Below are positions 61,884 through 64,000 of a stretch of DNA of 64,000 bases, one piece after another. The position numbers were made by a program, and so were the translations under genes. The first letter of the stretch is position 1, and the number at the start of each line of letters is the position of its first letter. The stretch spans positions 496,001 through 560,000 of the forward strand of contig NW_027191414.1 in the NCBI RefSeq assembly GCF_041146345.1. Direction: 5' to 3'. The notes beneath the pieces are model-generated. The model had not been told where the DNA came from. It made no database searches and saw only the letters and a list, made by a program, of their open reading frames with translations. The stretch is from Neodothiora populina. Taxonomy: Eukaryota.

Positions 61884-63526
61884 ATGTCCGGCGGGATCAT
61901 CAAGGCCGACAAGGACTACACCAAGGAGGTTGACAAGGCCATCCCTGAGGCTGAGCAACTTGCAAAGGTACGCCTGGAGGTCAGCTGCTCCTCGGGCCTG
62001 ATTGATGCTGACAGTAATACAGAGCGATGTGCAAGGCGCGGTCGAGAAGCTCCTTGCGCTTGAGAAGCAGACCAGACAGTCTAGTGATCTACCGTCAACA
62101 TCCAAACTTCTCGTTTCCATCGTCACGATATGCAAAAATGCAGGCGACTGGCCGCTGCTTAACGAGCAGGCCCAGTTGCTATCCAAAAAGCACAGTCAGC
62201 TCAAGCAGGCCATTACCAAGATGGTCCAGGTGGTGATGGGTTTCTTGGACGAGACGCCAAACAAGGAGACTAAGATGTCGGTCATCGAGACGCTGCGCAC
62301 TATTACCGAGGGAAAGGTGCGTCTATCATAGCAGATGGTTGACTAGAAATGCACTTACTGATGATGAGTGTACAGATCTTTGTCGAGGTTGAGCGAGCCA
62401 GAGTCACACGCATTCTCTCAGACATCAAGAAGAGCGAAGGCGACGTCAAGTCTGCCGCGAACATCCTCTGCGAGCTCCAGGTCGAGACGTTTGGATCCAT
62501 GACAAGGCGAGAAAAGACCGAGTTCATTCTGGAGCAAGTGCAGCTGTGCATCGACAACGGTGACTGGACACAGGCCGGTATTTTGAGCAGAAAGATCAGC
62601 ACCAGATACATTGCAAGAAAGCCCAAGAAGACGGCGGAGCAGCTGGAAAAGGAACGCAAGGAGCACGAAGAGAAGGAAAAGAAGCGTAATGAGGACGAGG
62701 CATCCGAGCCAGTGGAGGATGATGTTACGGACCTGAAGCTGCGCTACTACGAGCAGCAGATTGTGCTGGCGAAGCACCACGACAAGTACCTCGATGCCTG
62801 CAAACACTATCGACAGGTCTTGGATACGGAGGCTGTGGAGAACAACCCAGAGCAATTACGCGCAGTGAGTTCAATCACAGTCTTAGACGATACTTCATTC
62901 ATTGACAACTTGACCAGGCCCTCCAACGAGTCATCTACTTCGTCATACTCGCCCCTCATGACAACGAGCAATCCGACCTTCTTCACCGCATCCACCGCGA
63001 CACGAGGAATTCTCAGATCCCTACCGATGCCGCTCTGCTGAACCTGTTCACCGTTCCCGAGCTCATGCGTTGGCCGTCGGTCGCCGAGAATTACGGCCCT
63101 CAACTCTGCGCAACCGACGTCTTTGACGCTTCCCCCAAGGGTAGCGATCCCAAGGCGCACCAGCGATGGGCCGACTTCCGTAAGCGCGTCATCGAACACA
63201 ACGTTCGCGTCGTCGCCAAATACTACACTCGTATCCACTTCAAGCGTCTCACTGAGCTGCTCGACCTGAGCGAGGAAGAGACGGAGAAGTACATCAGTGA
63301 CTTGGTCGTCAGCAAGACCATCTACGCCAAGATTGATCGTCCCGCCAGGTTGGTCAGTTTCGAGAAGAAGAGAGATGCCGACGAAGTGCTCAACGAGTGG
63401 TCGGGCAACATGAAGAGTCTGCTGGGCTTGCTGGAGAGGATCGACCATCTCATCACAAAGGAAGAGATGATGGCCAGGATCCAGCCGGTCAAGGGAGAAA
63501 AGGCGGCTACTGCCAAGGCAAGATGA
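61884..63526 (+). CDS. RPN5: 26S proteasome lid subunit Rpn5 (PSMD12); exons 61884-61967, 62023-62316, 62376-62864, 62918-63526
   Basis: LLALEKQTRQ, LSKKHSQLKQAI, TEGK|IFVEVERAR, ELQVETFGSM, RVIEHNVRVVAKYY, YAKIDRPA, HLITKEEM. Confidence 0.97.
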
Positions 63527-63744
63527 GAGGCGTGGACCGCATGACACGAAACACGATAGACGGGCGAGCATCTATATCTCGCCTGCTGTATTCTAGCATC
63601 GCTGTAGTCTAAAGTCGGGGCCCTCTATCATCGCTCTACGCTACAATAGAACAACGTCGATCATGACCATGTAATGTCGAGCCGTGCCATATCATGCTCC
63701 TCCTCTCTTCGTCACGTGTGAATGTGGTGGAGATATGTATAGCC

Positions 63745-64000
63745 CTAGAACGGCATGTCCATGTCCTCGACACTCTCTTCCTCCTTGGCCGGCTTGCCAT
63801 TCGGTGTCTGACTCACGACTTCCCTGATGAATGCGACAAGTGCGGCGACATATTGCTTCTGGCTGCTAGGCAAGAAGTGACCACCAGGGTGGTAGACGAG
63901 TCTCGAGACTCCACCCTGGGCTCCTCTGCCCGCAGCGCAAGCATCCACAAGTCTCAGACTCCGATCTTCCTCCACCACGGTGTCGACACTACCAATAAAA
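63745..64000 (-). CDS. 3' end of an FSH1/OVCA2-family serine hydrolase (runs off the window)
   Basis: FIGSVDTVVEEDRSLRL...VYHPGGHFLP carries the catalytic Asp and His motifs; stop at 63745. Confidence 0.82.
   Translation of the reverse strand, partial: FIGSVDTVVEEDRSLRLVDACAAGRGAQGGVSRLVYHPGGHFLPSSQKQYVAALVAFIREVVSQTPNGKPAKEEESVEDMDMPF

Noticed and set aside
1..64000. Transposons, CRISPR arrays, rRNA, RIP-type AT-rich blocks
   Set aside because: No transposase or reverse-transcriptase motifs, terminal repeats, spaced direct repeats or strongly AT-rich tracts were seen; the DNA is eukaryotic.

Overview
Gene-dense, intron-containing eukaryotic DNA from a filamentous ascomycete (Pezizomycotina). 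This is inferred from short GT-AG introns with CTRAC-type branch sites, a Zn2Cys6 factor, a group-5 septin and an RBP35-type CFIm68. I built about 24 protein-coding models, two intact tRNA genes (Lys-CTT, Gln-CTG) and a decayed tRNA-Ala. The best candidate for an uncharacterised system is at 2.3-13.8 kb, possibly extending to 19.4 kb. It has an NCS1 permease, a Dal81-like Zn2Cys6 regulator and, divergent from it, an intronless gene fusing a bacterial-type N-carbamoyl-D-amino-acid hydrolase to a hydantoin racemase. An A-T-R NRPS-like reductase shares the permease promoter, and an M20 amidohydrolase lies nearby. Together these look like a fungal hydantoin/ureide utilisation module with no ring-opening hydantoinase in the window. 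Other signals: a splice-site-overlapping uAUG, intronic AATAAA and UGUA motifs in the CFIm68 leader; a ~1 kb AUG-free leader with a possible ACG start in the Nrd1/Mrn1-like gene; a probable dimeric tRNA; and several recently broken genes. All exon coordinates were read by eye and no database searches were run.
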